Virus record (IMG/VR): IMGVR_UViG_2675903436_000002
Coordinates: 1 to 18,683 of that record
DNA length: 18,683 nt
Source: a virus
Lineage: Duplodnaviria > Heunggongvirae > Uroviricota > Caudoviricetes
Strand: one strand, 5' to 3'
Part shown: piece by piece, positions 8,917 to 17,429 of the stretch
How positions within the stretch are numbered: the stretch's first letter is position 1
Layout: each line of letters begins with the position of its first letter
Position numbers and translations under genes: made by a program
The notes under the pieces: generated by a model
Seen by the model: only the letters and a program-made list of their open reading frames with translations
What the model was told of the DNA's origin: nothing
The model's database searches: none

Positions 8917-9410
8917 TGCTGACCCCACAAACAGATTTCACGCTCAATCTCACGACGAGTCATGAGACCTTTCCATTGCTTACCGCCAGCATATGTCCAG
9001 CGACGTAACTGATCACATGCGCCTTTGATATCGCCCTGGTTTATTTTGCGAAGAAGCGTCGATGTTCTGAAATTGCCAGCACCCACGTTGTAAACGAATG
9101 AGTAAAGAGCGCCGCGCGTTGTTTCCGGTATATCGACTTCGATGTATGGGTTAATTTGTCTGGCGACAGTGGCAAGGTCTTTATTCAAGAGTGCTTTGCA
9201 TTCTGCTTTGGTATACGTTTTACCGAGCATGATGTCTTTTCCTGTATGCCCGTGACATACGGTCCATACACCAACAATATCTTTGTATGGTATGTAGCTG
9301 ACACCTTCCAGACCATCGTTACCACTTGGGCCAGTGATTAACACTGATGCTATAGCAATTGCTCCGCCACCAATAGCAGCAGCAACTGCTTTTCGTAATG
9401 ATGGAGGCAT
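8913..9410 (-). CDS. rrrD: SAR endolysin (T4-lysozyme-like muramidase with signal-anchor-release N-terminus)
   Basis: N-terminal Gly/Ala-rich weakly hydrophobic SAR segment ([20 protein letters not shown]) followed by a lysozyme-like domain; matches DLP12 RrrD / phage 21 R from memory. Start overlaps the holin stop. Confidence 0.9.
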   Translation of the reverse strand: MPPSLRKAVAAAIGGGAIAIASVLITGPSGNDGLEGVSYIPYKDIVGVWTVCHGHTGKDIMLGKTYTKAECKALLNKDLATVARQINPYIEVDIPETTRGALYSFVYNVGAGNFRTSTLLRKINQGDIKGACDQLRRWTYAGGKQWKGLMTRREIEREICLWGQQ

Positions 9411-9625
9411 TATTCACCTCTCGCAGCCTTGCGCTTATCTTCTTTAATCTTGAAATAAAGGTTTGTCAGGTACGTCAGCAAGCCAAATACCAGACTACCC
9501 AGCACACCTATTGCCGCCCACTGTGAGGGCGTGACTTTATCGAGCAGCTGTAAAAACCAGTAACCGGCACTACCTGCTGAGGTGCCATAGGCGACACCCG
9601 TTGTTAACTTATCCATGGATTTCAT
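9410..9625 (-). CDS. essD: Class II holin (phage 21 S / EssD-like) with dual-start motif
   Basis: [26 protein letters not shown]... with two TM segments; Met1-Lys-Ser-Met4 dual start typical of holin/antiholin pairs; SD GAGGTGG upstream of the ATG at 9625. The ORF track start at 9670 is 15 codons further upstream. Confidence 0.85.
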
Positions 9626-10214
9626 AACCCCACCTCGCAGACAAAGCGGGTGTAAATTGAGGGAATACAACGTATCGCAAAAAAGCAGAAACGTAACAGA
9701 CTCGGAGTCAGTGAATAACTCAGGTATTGAGTTATCAGCTAATATCGAGACTCAAAAAATGGAAAAACCAGCTCGACGGCGGGTTTAAGCTGTGTGACGA
9801 AGTAACCACTCTTAACAGCATAACCAATTTTTTACGTACGTAAACCACTGAATGATATTTATGAGAATGCTACCGAGTGTTCAAAACACCACCACAAATA
9901 CATAAGAAAACCTCAACAAATAACTAACAAATAATTTCCAGTGTTATTTTTAGCCGATTTAAATTGAATCTTCAAATTATAGAGCACTTATAAATAACAG
10001 CCGTTAATATAAATTGGCTAATAGATTTATTTTTATTCAGCCAAGAGCTATGAATAGGATTCGATAGAAAAAAGTTCAGATAAAAATAGAGATCTACTTC
10101 ACAAATCAAACGAGAAACCAAAACTTACATCTTGAAATAATCACATTGATTAGATGAATATTTATCGCGCAGTGACATCATTTTTTAATAATAGTTCAAA
10201 AAAAAGGGCTCACG

Positions 10215-11312
10215 ATGAAAAAATTAACAGTGGCAATTTCTGCTGTAGCTGCATCAGTACTGATGGCGATGTCTGCTCAGGCAGCTGAAATTTATAATAA
10301 AGACAGTAACAAGCTGGATCTGTACGGGAAAGTTAATGCTAAGCACTACTTCTCCTCTAATGATGCAGATGATGGTGATACTACTTATGCCCGTCTTGGC
10401 TTCAAAGGTGAAACCCAAATCAACGATCAACTGACTGGTTTCGGTCAGTGGGAATATGAATTCAAAGGCAACCGCGCTGAATCTCAAGGTTCCTCCAAAG
10501 ATAAAACCCGTCTTGCCTTCGCTGGCCTGAAATTCGGTGACTACGGCTCCATCGATTACGGCCGTAACTACGGTGTAGCATACGACATCGGTGCGTGGAC
10601 TGACGTCCTGCCAGAATTCGGTGGTGACACTTGGACTCAAACCGACGTGTTCATGACTCAACGTGCAACTGGTGTTGCAACCTATCGTAACAACGACTTC
10701 TTTGGTCTGGTTGATGGTCTGAACTTTGCTGCTCAGTACCAAGGCAAAAACGATCGTAGCGATTTCGATAACTACACTGAAGGTAACGGTGATGGCTTCG
10801 GTTTCTCTGCTACCTATGAATACGAAGGATTCGGTATCGGTGCAACTTATGCGAAATCTGATCGTACCGACACTCAAGTTAATGCAGGGAAAGTTCTTCC
10901 TGAAGTATTTGCTTCCGGTAAAAATGCAGAAGTTTGGGCCGCAGGTCTGAAATATGACGCTAACAACATTTACCTGGCCACTACCTATTCTGAAACCCAG
11001 AATATGACTGTATTTGCTGATCACTTCGTTGCTAATAAAGCCCAAAACTTCGAAGCTGTTGCACAATATCAGTTCGATTTCGGTCTGCGTCCGTCCGTTG
11101 CTTACCTGCAATCTAAAGGTAAGGATCTTGGAGTATGGGGCGATCAGGACTTAGTCAAATATGTTGATGTAGGTGCAACCTATTACTTCAACAAAAATAT
11201 GTCTACTTTCGTTGATTACAAAATCAACCTGCTTGACAAAAATGACTTCACTAAAGCACTCGGTGTAAGCACTGATGACATCGTTGCTGTAGGTCTGGTT
11301 TACCAGTTCTAA
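10215..11312 (+). CDS. nmpC: Prophage-encoded OmpC-family general porin (NmpC/Lc/OmpD-like), apparently intact
   Basis: 365 aa with signal peptide [23 protein letters not shown], porin motifs and a C-terminal ...VGLVYQF ending in Phe. Located between Q and the holin on the opposite strand, as nmpC is in DLP12 and lc in PA-2. Confidence 0.9.
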   Translation: MKKLTVAISAVAASVLMAMSAQAAEIYNKDSNKLDLYGKVNAKHYFSSNDADDGDTTYARLGFKGETQINDQLTGFGQWEYEFKGNRAESQGSSKDKTRLAFAGLKFGDYGSIDYGRNYGVAYDIGAWTDVLPEFGGDTWTQTDVFMTQRATGVATYRNNDFFGLVDGLNFAAQYQGKNDRSDFDNYTEGNGDGFGFSATYEYEGFGIGATYAKSDRTDTQVNAGKVLPEVFASGKNAEVWAAGLKYDANNIYLATTYSETQNMTVFADHFVANKAQNFEAVAQYQFDFGLRPSVAYLQSKGKDLGVWGDQDLVKYVDVGATYYFNKNMSTFVDYKINLLDKNDFTKALGVSTDDIVAVGLVYQF

Positions 11313-11478
11313 TCTGATTACGAAAAAGATATGTTGCGGGAGGCGTTGCCTCCCCAACATATAAGTGGCTCCCTCAAGCCACTTCCTTTAGAAGCACAAC
11401 CTTGCTTCTAACTATATAAACCTTCTGTTATATATTACCCTTTATTTTTGGGGGCGTCTCAACGCCCCATTTTTAATA
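11312..11478 (+). ncRNA. Possible IpeX-like small RNA / porin 3' UTR hairpin cluster ending in a rho-independent terminator
   Basis: Four consecutive hairpins: 11338..11354 (GGGAGGC/GCCTCCC), 11363..11384 (AAGTGGCT/AGCCACTT), 11389..11410 (TAGAAGCA/TGCTTCTA) and 11450..11468 (GGGGGCG/CGCCCC) followed by ATTTTTAATAATTTTT. In DLP12 the sRNA IpeX maps to the nmpC 3' end (from memory); boundaries here are guesses. Confidence 0.3.
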
Positions 11479-11501
11479 ATTTTTAGTAAACAATTGGCAT
11501 A

Positions 11502-11885
11502 TTAATTAGAGTTATTAACAACGATATCCATCTCTAACCGGATATCTAATGCCATTAACATCCCTTCAATTATGCCCTCAGCCTTCTGTAACCTTTTCCC
11601 GATATAACCATCAGAGCAGCAATGCTTACCTGCCAGTGACATGAATGTCATACCGACTACATAATAATCTACTAATAAATCGTGCAAATCGCTGTTGTTC
11701 TTTTTCAGACGGGCCATGCACCCGCAAATAATCATCGCGTCATCGTCACAACATTGCGGGCGAGATTTTACTTTTGAAGTAATTAATCCCTTAAAACCGG
11801 CGGCAATGGACGACCAGGTCACATCTTCATGATTATTAGCCGCCCACGCTCCCCAACGCTCAAGAACCATCTGAATATCACGCAT
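11502..11885 (-). CDS. quuD: Late-gene antiterminator Q (phage 82 / QuuD-like)
   Basis: [24 protein letters not shown]...[16 protein letters not shown]... matches DLP12 QuuD from memory. ATG at 11885 has a GGAG SD; the ORF track start at 11900 is a TTG. Confidence 0.85.
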   Translation of the reverse strand: MRDIQMVLERWGAWAANNHEDVTWSSIAAGFKGLITSKVKSRPQCCDDDAMIICGCMARLKKNNSDLHDLLVDYYVVGMTFMSLAGKHCCSDGYIGKRLQKAEGIIEGMLMALDIRLEMDIVVNNSN

Positions 11886-11970
11886 CAACTTACTCCACAA
11901 AAATCAGACCAGAACGCCAATTACAAGCAAAAATCAACAAAACAGTATTAGTTGATTGTTATCTCTGACT

Positions 11971-12111
11971 TCATACTCCTGCTCCTGTCAGGGTTTTGGC
12001 GTAATTCTTCAGTATTCGGTAATCGGTCAAAACAGAACCGGGGAAACGATATAAGCGCAGATGCCCCCAGCGGTGGCGAAGAAGTTCTGCCATATAAAAC
12101 TCAAACATCAT
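11971..12111 (-). CDS. ylcG: Small nin-region protein, YlcG-like (46 aa)
   Basis: [46 protein letters not shown]; start overlaps the rusA stop. Not in the ORF track (under 60 aa); derived by manual reverse-complement translation. Confidence 0.5.
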   Translation of the reverse strand: MMFEFYMAELLRHRWGHLRLYRFPGSVLTDYRILKNYAKTLTGAGV

Positions 12112-12470
12112 TCATTCCCAATTTCGGTGATGGTCAGTTCCAGCCTCCCACCTTTGGTAACAGGCATCTTCACAACGCGGTAATCAACGACCTGAGCATC
12201 ATCCAGCCAGAAACCTGCTTTAGTGAGTGCGTCAAAAGCGGCTTTTTGCAGATTATCCAGGTCACGGCGACGGCGATCCGGCATGTGGCACTCAATGCGG
12301 ATTTTCACAGGCATAGCCAAGCCGATATCCAGCATTGCGTTTTTAATGATTCGGGCGACGTTATCGCGGTATGCCTGCCCCTCTGCGCTGACGTGCGTGC
12401 GCCCGCGATTATGGCGGTAATAGCGATTATTGCTCGGAGGCCAGGGTAATGTGATGCTGTAGGTATTCAC
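12108..12470 (-). CDS. rusA: RusA Holliday-junction resolvase
   Basis: 120 aa [36 protein letters not shown]..., essentially the RusA sequence as remembered; start overlaps the upstream gene's stop (ATGA). Confidence 0.9.
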   Translation of the reverse strand: MNTYSITLPWPPSNNRYYRHNRGRTHVSAEGQAYRDNVARIIKNAMLDIGLAMPVKIRIECHMPDRRRRDLDNLQKAAFDALTKAGFWLDDAQVVDYRVVKMPVTKGGRLELTITEIGNE

Positions 12471-12757
12471 GCCTTAATAACCCCCTCTTTCAGCCAGATA
12501 ACCTGTGTTCTCGCCATACCTTCCAGCGCGCATTCTTTTGCATATGCAGCATCGACAAAATGTGTGCGGCGGTCGATTTCGTCGTGGCAGGCAGAACATG
12601 CAATGGTGGCAATCAGGTCTGGCGGTTTGGTACCGGTGCCGCACAATCCAGTCAGCCGGATATGTGCCAGTACAGACGTTTCAGGGTTGCCATTACATAC
12701 GCCAGGGATTCTTACCTGGCATTCCCGACTACGCGCTGCTTTTCTCAAATCAGCCAT
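12467..12757 (-). CDS. ybcO: DUF1364-family nin-region protein (YbcO-like, putative nuclease)
   Basis: [47 protein letters not shown]...[11 protein letters not shown] with Cys/His-rich motif. ATG at 12757 has an AGGAGG SD and overlaps the ninE-like ORF end. Confidence 0.75.
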   Translation of the reverse strand: MADLRKAARSRECQVRIPGVCNGNPETSVLAHIRLTGLCGTGTKPPDLIATIACSACHDEIDRRTHFVDAAYAKECALEGMARTQVIWLKEGVIKA

Positions 12758-12920
12758 GATTCCTCCTTGCTGCCAGTCGCAACCATTTTTTATCAACCAG
12801 GCTGGCGGTATATCCGAGCAGTGTTGGTATTTCGGAAGGCTTCAGCTCCGGTTTACGCTTACGACGATTTGGTACTCTGTAGATGTGTCCGTTCATGACA
12901 CGAATAAGCGGTGTAGCCAT
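12750..12920 (-). CDS. ninE: NinE-like small protein (56 aa)
   Basis: Manual translation [56 protein letters not shown]; basic KRKP...W..WLR pattern like lambda NinE; start overlaps the ninB-like stop (ATGA). Not in the ORF track. Confidence 0.5.
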   Translation of the reverse strand: MATPLIRVMNGHIYRVPNRRKRKPELKPSEIPTLLGYTASLVDKKWLRLAARRNHG

Positions 12921-13375
12921 TACGCCTCCTGCTTGTCACGGAGCAGCTGGAACTCGCAGCTCTGCGGAATAGTCAGGTGGCAGCCAATATTCATCGCCCA
13001 GGCTTCAACCTTACACAGGAAGACATACATCTCTCCGGTATCAAGATCGGAGGTATGGCGTAACGACTGGATCGTAGTGATTTCGCCGGTTACGACATCA
13101 ACCAGGTCCTTGGTTTCATAACCGAGGTATGTGTGTTTGAGAGCATCTTTTACCCATGCTGCAGTAGCGAACGATTTCCCCCTGCTGATGAGGTACTCAC
13201 TGATTTCGCTGTACCACATGTGGCTGAGTGCATTCTGGGAAAGACTGCGTCTTTCGCGCCACGGTTTAAGCGCCATGCGAAAGCATTTGCCGTCCTCCAG
13301 ATAAGGCTGGATCTGCTGACCGATAGCGGTGAAGTTACCGCGATGCAATTTGATACCGTCTTGTGGGAGGTTCAC
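12920..13375 (-). CDS. ybcN: NinB-family recombination protein (YbcN-like)
   Basis: 151 aa; ...[22 protein letters not shown]... parallels the NinB RSLDQNRKLW motif. GTG start at 13375 with GGAGGTG SD. Confidence 0.8.
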   Translation of the reverse strand: MNLPQDGIKLHRGNFTAIGQQIQPYLEDGKCFRMALKPWRERRSLSQNALSHMWYSEISEYLISRGKSFATAAWVKDALKHTYLGYETKDLVDVVTGEITTIQSLRHTSDLDTGEMYVFLCKVEAWAMNIGCHLTIPQSCEFQLLRDKQEA

Positions 13376-13539
13376 GCTTCACCTCCGCAGAGGTCAAACG
13401 TTGGATGCAAAAAAACGCAGGTGCATTTCTGCATCTGTGAAGGGAGAAGAGAGTTTGGATTGTATATGCGCATAAACGTCCCCGTTTAGCGCAGAAGTCA
13501 CCGGAGTTGTTCAGGCTCCGATGACATGATTATGGCGGG

Positions 13540-13908
13540 TTGATTATGGAAAATCAATCAAGCTATGTTTCATCGGCGAGGTCATCATCTGTGACAATCA
13601 TGAGGTTAAAGAATGAAATAATGTTTATCTATGACAAGGATGAAGCTGAGCGCATTGTCGAAAATACCGCATACACTGCAGAACGTCAGCCGGAACGCGA
13701 CATCACTCCGGTTAACGATGAAACCATGCAGGAGATTAACACTCTGCTGATTGCCCTGGATAAAACATGGGATGACGACTTATTGCCGCTCTGTTCCCAG
13801 ATATTTCGCCGCGACATTCGCGCATCGTCAGAACTGACACAGGCCGAAGCAGTGAAAGCTCTTGGATTCCTGAAACAGAAAGCCACTGAGCAGAAGGTGG
13901 CAGCATGA
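13540..13908 (+). pseudogene. bet: 5'-truncated bet (Red-beta) remnant; only the C-terminal about 95 codons are Bet-derived
   Basis: From about 13627 the translation IYDKDEAERIVENTAYTAERQPERDITPVNDETMQEINTLLIALDKTWDDDLLPLCSQIFRRDIRASSELTQAEAVKALGFLKQK..EQKVAA matches the lambda Bet C-terminus; the upstream 29 codons of the ORF are unrelated sequence. Confidence 0.7.
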
Positions 13909-14585
13909 CACCGGACATTATACTGCAGCGTACCGGGATCGACGTGAGAGCTGTCGAACAGGGGGATGATGCATGGCACAAATTACGGCTCGGCGTCATC
14001 ACCGCTTCAGAAGTTCACAACGTGATAGCAAAGCCCCGATCAGGAAAGAAGTGGCCTGACATGAAAATGTCCTACTTCCACACCCTGCTGGCTGAGGTTT
14101 GCACCGGTGTGGCTCCGGAAGTTAACGCTAAAGCGCTGGCCTGGGGAAAACAGTACGAGAACGACGCCAGAACCCTGTTTGAGTTCACTTCCGGCGTAAA
14201 TGTTATTGAATCCCCGATCATCTATCGCGACGAAAGTATGCGCACCGCCTGCTCTCCCGATGGTTTATGCAGTGACGGCAATGGCCTTGAGCTGAAATGC
14301 CCGTTTACCTCCCGGGATTTCATGAAGTTCCGGCTCGGTGGTTTCGAGGCCATAAAGTCGGCTTACATGGCCCAGGTGCAGTACAGCATGTGGGTGACGC
14401 GAAAAGATGCCTGGTACTTTGCCAACTATGACCCGCGCATGAAGCGTGAAGGCCTGCATTATGTCGTGGTTGAGCGGGATGAAAAGTACATGGCGAATTT
14501 TGACGAGATGGTGCCGGAGTTCATCGAAAAAATGGACGAGGCACTGGCTGAAATTGGTTTTGTATTTGGGGAGCAATGGCGATGA
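13905..14585 (+). CDS. exo: Lambda-type exonuclease (Red-alpha)
   Basis: 226 aa [40 protein letters not shown]..., near-identical to lambda Exo as remembered; start overlaps the bet stop (ATGA). Confidence 0.9.
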   Translation: MTPDIILQRTGIDVRAVEQGDDAWHKLRLGVITASEVHNVIAKPRSGKKWPDMKMSYFHTLLAEVCTGVAPEVNAKALAWGKQYENDARTLFEFTSGVNVIESPIIYRDESMRTACSPDGLCSDGNGLELKCPFTSRDFMKFRLGGFEAIKSAYMAQVQYSMWVTRKDAWYFANYDPRMKREGLHYVVVERDEKYMANFDEMVPEFIEKMDEALAEIGFVFGEQWR

Positions 14586-14764
14586 AGCATCCTCGCGATA
14601 ATATCCGGGTAGGCGCGATCACTTTCGTCTACTCCATTACAAAGCGAGGCTGGGTATTTCCCGGCCTTTCTGTTATCAGAAATCCACTGAAAGCACAGCG
14701 GCTGGCTGAGAAGATAAATAATAAACGGGAGGCGGTATGCACAAAGCATCTCCTGTTGAGTTAA
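14576..14764 (+). CDS. Hypothetical early-region protein (62 aa)
   Basis: ORF overlapping the exo stop; an alternative ATG at 14582 forms an ATGA overlap with exo. No family recognised. Confidence 0.35.
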   Translation: MAMKHPRDNIRVGAITFVYSITKRGWVFPGLSVIRNPLKAQRLAEKINNKREAVCTKHLLLS

Positions 14765-14928
14765 GAACGAGTATTGAGATGGCACATAGCCTTGCTCAAA
14801 TTGGAGTCAGGTTTGTGCCAATACCAGTAGAAACAGACGAAGAATTTCATACGTTAGCCACATCCCTTTCACAAAAGCTGGAAATGATGGTGGCGAAAGC
14901 AGAAGCAGATGAGAGAGACCAGGTATGA
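14737..14928 (+). CDS. Hypothetical early-region protein (63 aa)
   Basis: ATG preceded by a GGGAGG SD; acidic small protein, no family recognised. Confidence 0.45.
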   Translation: MHKASPVELRTSIEMAHSLAQIGVRFVPIPVETDEEFHTLATSLSQKLEMMVAKAEADERDQV

Positions 14929-15008
14929 CAACCACTGAATGCATTTTTCTGGCAGCGGGCTTCATATTCTGTGTGCTTATGCTTGCCGGCATGGGGCTTG
15001 TTCAGTGA
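14925..15008 (+). CDS. Putative small hydrophobic membrane peptide (27 aa)
   Basis: MTTTECIFLAAGFIFCVLMLAGMGLVQ; ATG overlaps the upstream stop (ATGA) and its stop overlaps a downstream GTG (GTGA), suggesting translational coupling. Not in the ORF track. Confidence 0.3.
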   Translation: MTTTECIFLAAGFIFCVLMLAGMGLVQ

Positions 15009-15220
15009 CACCTCAGCAAGAAAACGCCCTTCGCAGCATTGCCCGTCAGGCTAATTCTGAAATCAAAAAAGCCAGACAGCAGTTTCCGGATAAAAACGTC
15101 GATGACATTTGCCGTAGCGTACTAAAGAAGCACCGCGAAACGGTAACGCTGATGGGATTCACACCGACTCATTTAAGCCTGGCGATCGGCATGTTGAACG
15201 GCGTCTTTAAGGAACGATGA
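15005..15220 (+). CDS. Hypothetical early-region protein (frame of track ORF 14939..15220)
   Basis: GTG at 15005 overlaps the small-peptide stop; the ORF track starts the same frame at the ATG at 14939. Start uncertain, no family recognised. Confidence 0.35.
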   Translation: MTPQQENALRSIARQANSEIKKARQQFPDKNVDDICRSVLKKHRETVTLMGFTPTHLSLAIGMLNGVFKER

Positions 15221-15241
15221 ACATGAAAAGCAAAATCATCA

Positions 15242-15263
15242 GGGAGCTACAGGCTCCTTTTTT
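15242..15263 (+). terminator. Rho-independent terminator
   Basis: Stem GGAGC / GCTCC with a 5-nt loop followed by TTTTTT. Confidence 0.5.
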
Positions 15264-15318
15264 ATTATTCGCATTTACCCTCAAGCGTATTAACCAACAA
15301 TTCAGGGATTAATGAAAG

Positions 15319-15537
15319 ATGGCAGACATCATTGATTCAGCATCAGAAATCGAAGAATTACAGCGCAATACAGCAATAAAAATGCGTCGTCTGAACTACC
15401 AGACTGTATCCGCAACTCATTGTTGTGAGTGTGGCGATCCGATAGATGAGCGAAGACGCCTGGCTGTTCAGGGTTGTCGGACTTGTGCAAGTTGCCAGGA
15501 GGAGATCGAACTTAAGAACAAACAATGGGGACTGTGA
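15319..15537 (+). CDS. TraR/DksA-family C4 zinc-finger protein
   Basis: CCECGDPIDERRR...GCRTCASCQEE four-cysteine motif in a 72-aa protein, typical of phage TraR-like proteins encoded near xis. Confidence 0.65.
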   Translation: MADIIDSASEIEELQRNTAIKMRRLNYQTVSATHCCECGDPIDERRRLAVQGCRTCASCQEEIELKNKQWGL

Positions 15538-15863
15538 TGGCCTCAAAGCAGCAAATTTCAACATCGTCCAACTGGGGTGTAAAAATGTTCAGAATCATTT
15601 TTCCTAACACCTGGTACGTCGACCACCACGGCACTCCCTGCAAAATCCTGCGTTCTACCCACAACAAAGTTCACTACATCCGAAAAGGCAGAACATGTAT
15701 CGCCAGCATGTTCCGCTTTAATCATGACTTTGAACCTGTGAATAAAGCTGATGCAGATCGGATAGCAGAAGAGATCGAAACGGCAGAACACATTAAGAAG
15801 TTACGTGACATGCGTTCAAAAAGCAGAGGTAACCATGGAATCATACAGCCTCACACTCGATGA
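15537..15863 (+). CDS. Hypothetical protein (108 aa)
   Basis: ATG overlaps the TraR-like stop, with a GGGGA SD-like sequence upstream; no family recognised. Confidence 0.4.
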   Translation: MASKQQISTSSNWGVKMFRIIFPNTWYVDHHGTPCKILRSTHNKVHYIRKGRTCIASMFRFNHDFEPVNKADADRIAEEIETAEHIKKLRDMRSKSRGNHGIIQPHTR

Positions 15864-16185
15864 GGCCTGTCAGTTTCTTAAGATATCCAGACCAACCGCC
15901 ACCAACTGGATACGAACAGGCCGCCTACAGGCAACACGTAAAGATCCAACCAAGCCAAAATCTCCTTACCTCACAACACGGCAAGCCTGCATTGCGGCGC
16001 TTCAGTCTCCGCTGCATACTGTCCAGGTGAGCGCGGGTGATGGCATAACAGAGGAAAGAAAATGTCACTCTTCCGCAGAAGTGAAATATGGTACGCCAGT
16101 TTCACATTGCCGAACGGTAAAAGATTTAAACAGTCTCTTGGAACAAAGGACAAAAGGCAGGCGACAGAGCTCCATGACAAGCTAA
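15835..16185 (+). CDS. xis: Excisionase (Xis, P22-type, winged-helix)
   Basis: [31 protein letters not shown]... HTH typical of Xis/AlpA-like excisionases; 116 aa; AGAGG SD; 3' end overlaps the int start. Confidence 0.7.
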   Translation: MESYSLTLDEACQFLKISRPTATNWIRTGRLQATRKDPTKPKSPYLTTRQACIAALQSPLHTVQVSAGDGITEERKCHSSAEVKYGTPVSHCRTVKDLNSLLEQRTKGRRQSSMTS

Positions 16186-17225
16186 AGGCTGAAGCATGGC
16201 GGGTCAGCAAACTTGGTGAAATACCTGATATAACGTTCGAGGAAGCGTGTGTCAGGTGGCTTGAAGAGAAAGCACATAAAAAATCACTGGACGATGACAA
16301 AAGCCGGATCGGATTCTGGCTTCAACATTTCGCAGGAATGCAACTAAGAGACATTACTGAATCAAAAATTTATTCAGCAATGCAGAAAATGACGAACCGG
16401 CGTCATGAGGAAAACTGGAAACTCAGGGCAGAAGCATGCAGAAAAAAAGGGAAACCTGTTCCAGAATACACGCCAAAACCAGCGTCCGTTGCAACGAAGG
16501 CTACGCATCTTTCATTTATAAAGGCCCTACTAAGAGCCGCAGAGCGTGAATGGAAAATGCTGGATAAGGCACCAATTATTAAAGTGCCCCAACCAAAGAA
16601 TAAACGGATCCGCTGGCTGGAGCCCCATGAAGCACAAAGACTGATTGATGAATGTCCGGAGCCATTAAAGTCTGTTGTTGAATTTGCACTGGCAACAGGC
16701 CTAAGACGCTCGAACATCATCAACCTTGAATGGCAACAAATAGATATGCAGCGCCGGGTGGCATGGATAAACCCGGAAGAGAGTAAATCAAACCGCGCAA
16801 TTGGCGTTGCGCTGAATGATACTGCATGTCGCGTACTGAAAAAACAAATCGGGAATCATCACCGTTGGGTATTTGTGTACAAGGAAAGCTGTACCAAACC
16901 AGACGGAACGAAAGCGCCAGCAGTAAGGAAGATGCGGTATGACGCAAACACAGCCTGGAAAGCGGCGCTGAGACGGGCTGGTATTGATGATTTCAGATTT
17001 CACGACTTGAGACACACCTGGGCAAGTTGGCTGGTTCAAGCCGGAGTCCCGTTGTCAGTGTTACAGGAAATGGGAGGCTGGGAGTCTATCGAAATGGTTC
17101 GTCGATATGCTCACCTTGCACCTAATCACCTTACCGAACACGCACGGCAAATAGACTCGATCCTGAACCCATCGGTCCCAAATTTGTCCCAGTCAAAAAA
17201 TAAGGAAGGTACTAATGATGTGTAA
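16062..17225 (+). CDS. int: Tyrosine integrase, P22-type (thrW-specific)
   Basis: 387 aa [41 protein letters not shown]... with C-terminal [39 protein letters not shown] catalytic region; very close to P22 Int as remembered; ends 14 nt from the tRNA 3' end. Confidence 0.92.
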   Translation: MSLFRRSEIWYASFTLPNGKRFKQSLGTKDKRQATELHDKLKAEAWRVSKLGEIPDITFEEACVRWLEEKAHKKSLDDDKSRIGFWLQHFAGMQLRDITESKIYSAMQKMTNRRHEENWKLRAEACRKKGKPVPEYTPKPASVATKATHLSFIKALLRAAEREWKMLDKAPIIKVPQPKNKRIRWLEPHEAQRLIDECPEPLKSVVEFALATGLRRSNIINLEWQQIDMQRRVAWINPEESKSNRAIGVALNDTACRVLKKQIGNHHRWVFVYKESCTKPDGTKAPAVRKMRYDANTAWKAALRRAGIDDFRFHDLRHTWASWLVQAGVPLSVLQEMGGWESIEMVRRYAHLAPNHLTEHARQIDSILNPSVPNLSQSKNKEGTNDV

Positions 17226-17239
17226 CTTATTGATTTAAA

Positions 17240-17315
17240 TGGTGCCGATAATAGGAGTCGAACCTACGACCTTCGCATTACGAATGCGCTGCTCTACCAA
17301 CTGAGCTATATCGGC
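17240..17315 (-). tRNA. thrW: tRNA-Thr (anticodon CGU), thrW-like; prophage attachment site at its 3' end
   Basis: Reverse complement GCCGATATAGCTCAGTTGGTAGAGCAGCGCATTCGTAATGCGAAGGTCGTAGGTTCGACTCCTATTATCGGCACCA folds as a canonical 76-nt tRNA with anticodon CGT and encoded CCA. Confidence 0.95.
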
Positions 17316-17429
17316 CCTGAAAGGACATGTTCACGAACGTGAATCACGGTGGGCAAGGTTAAAACTAACCGGGCGATGCGTCAATGGCCTTGTGAATCAA
17401 ATGGCTACTTTTGCATCACCCGGTTTTAT

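Noticed and set aside
10254-11360. 285-aa minus-strand ORF and shorter frames (10726..10950, 11151..11360) overlapping the porin gene
   Set aside because: The porin frame has a signal peptide, beta-barrel periodicity and a C-terminal Phe; the antisense frame is low-complexity.
11952-13489. Plus-strand ORFs over the nin genes (11952..12449, 12223..12420, 12505..12759, 12560..12898, 12564..13121, 13133..13489)
   Set aside because: Antisense to rusA, the DUF1364 gene and the ninB-like gene, whose products are recognisable; GC-rich antisense frames are commonly open.
13686-16947. Minus-strand ORFs across the exo-xis-int block (13686..13979, 13736..14002, 14265..14576, 14459..14785, 14807..14992, 15358..15564, 15558..15791, 15971..16300, 16403..16723, 16720..16947; also 16788..17039)
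   Set aside because: Antisense to exo, the small early ORFs, xis and int; no RBS or family support.
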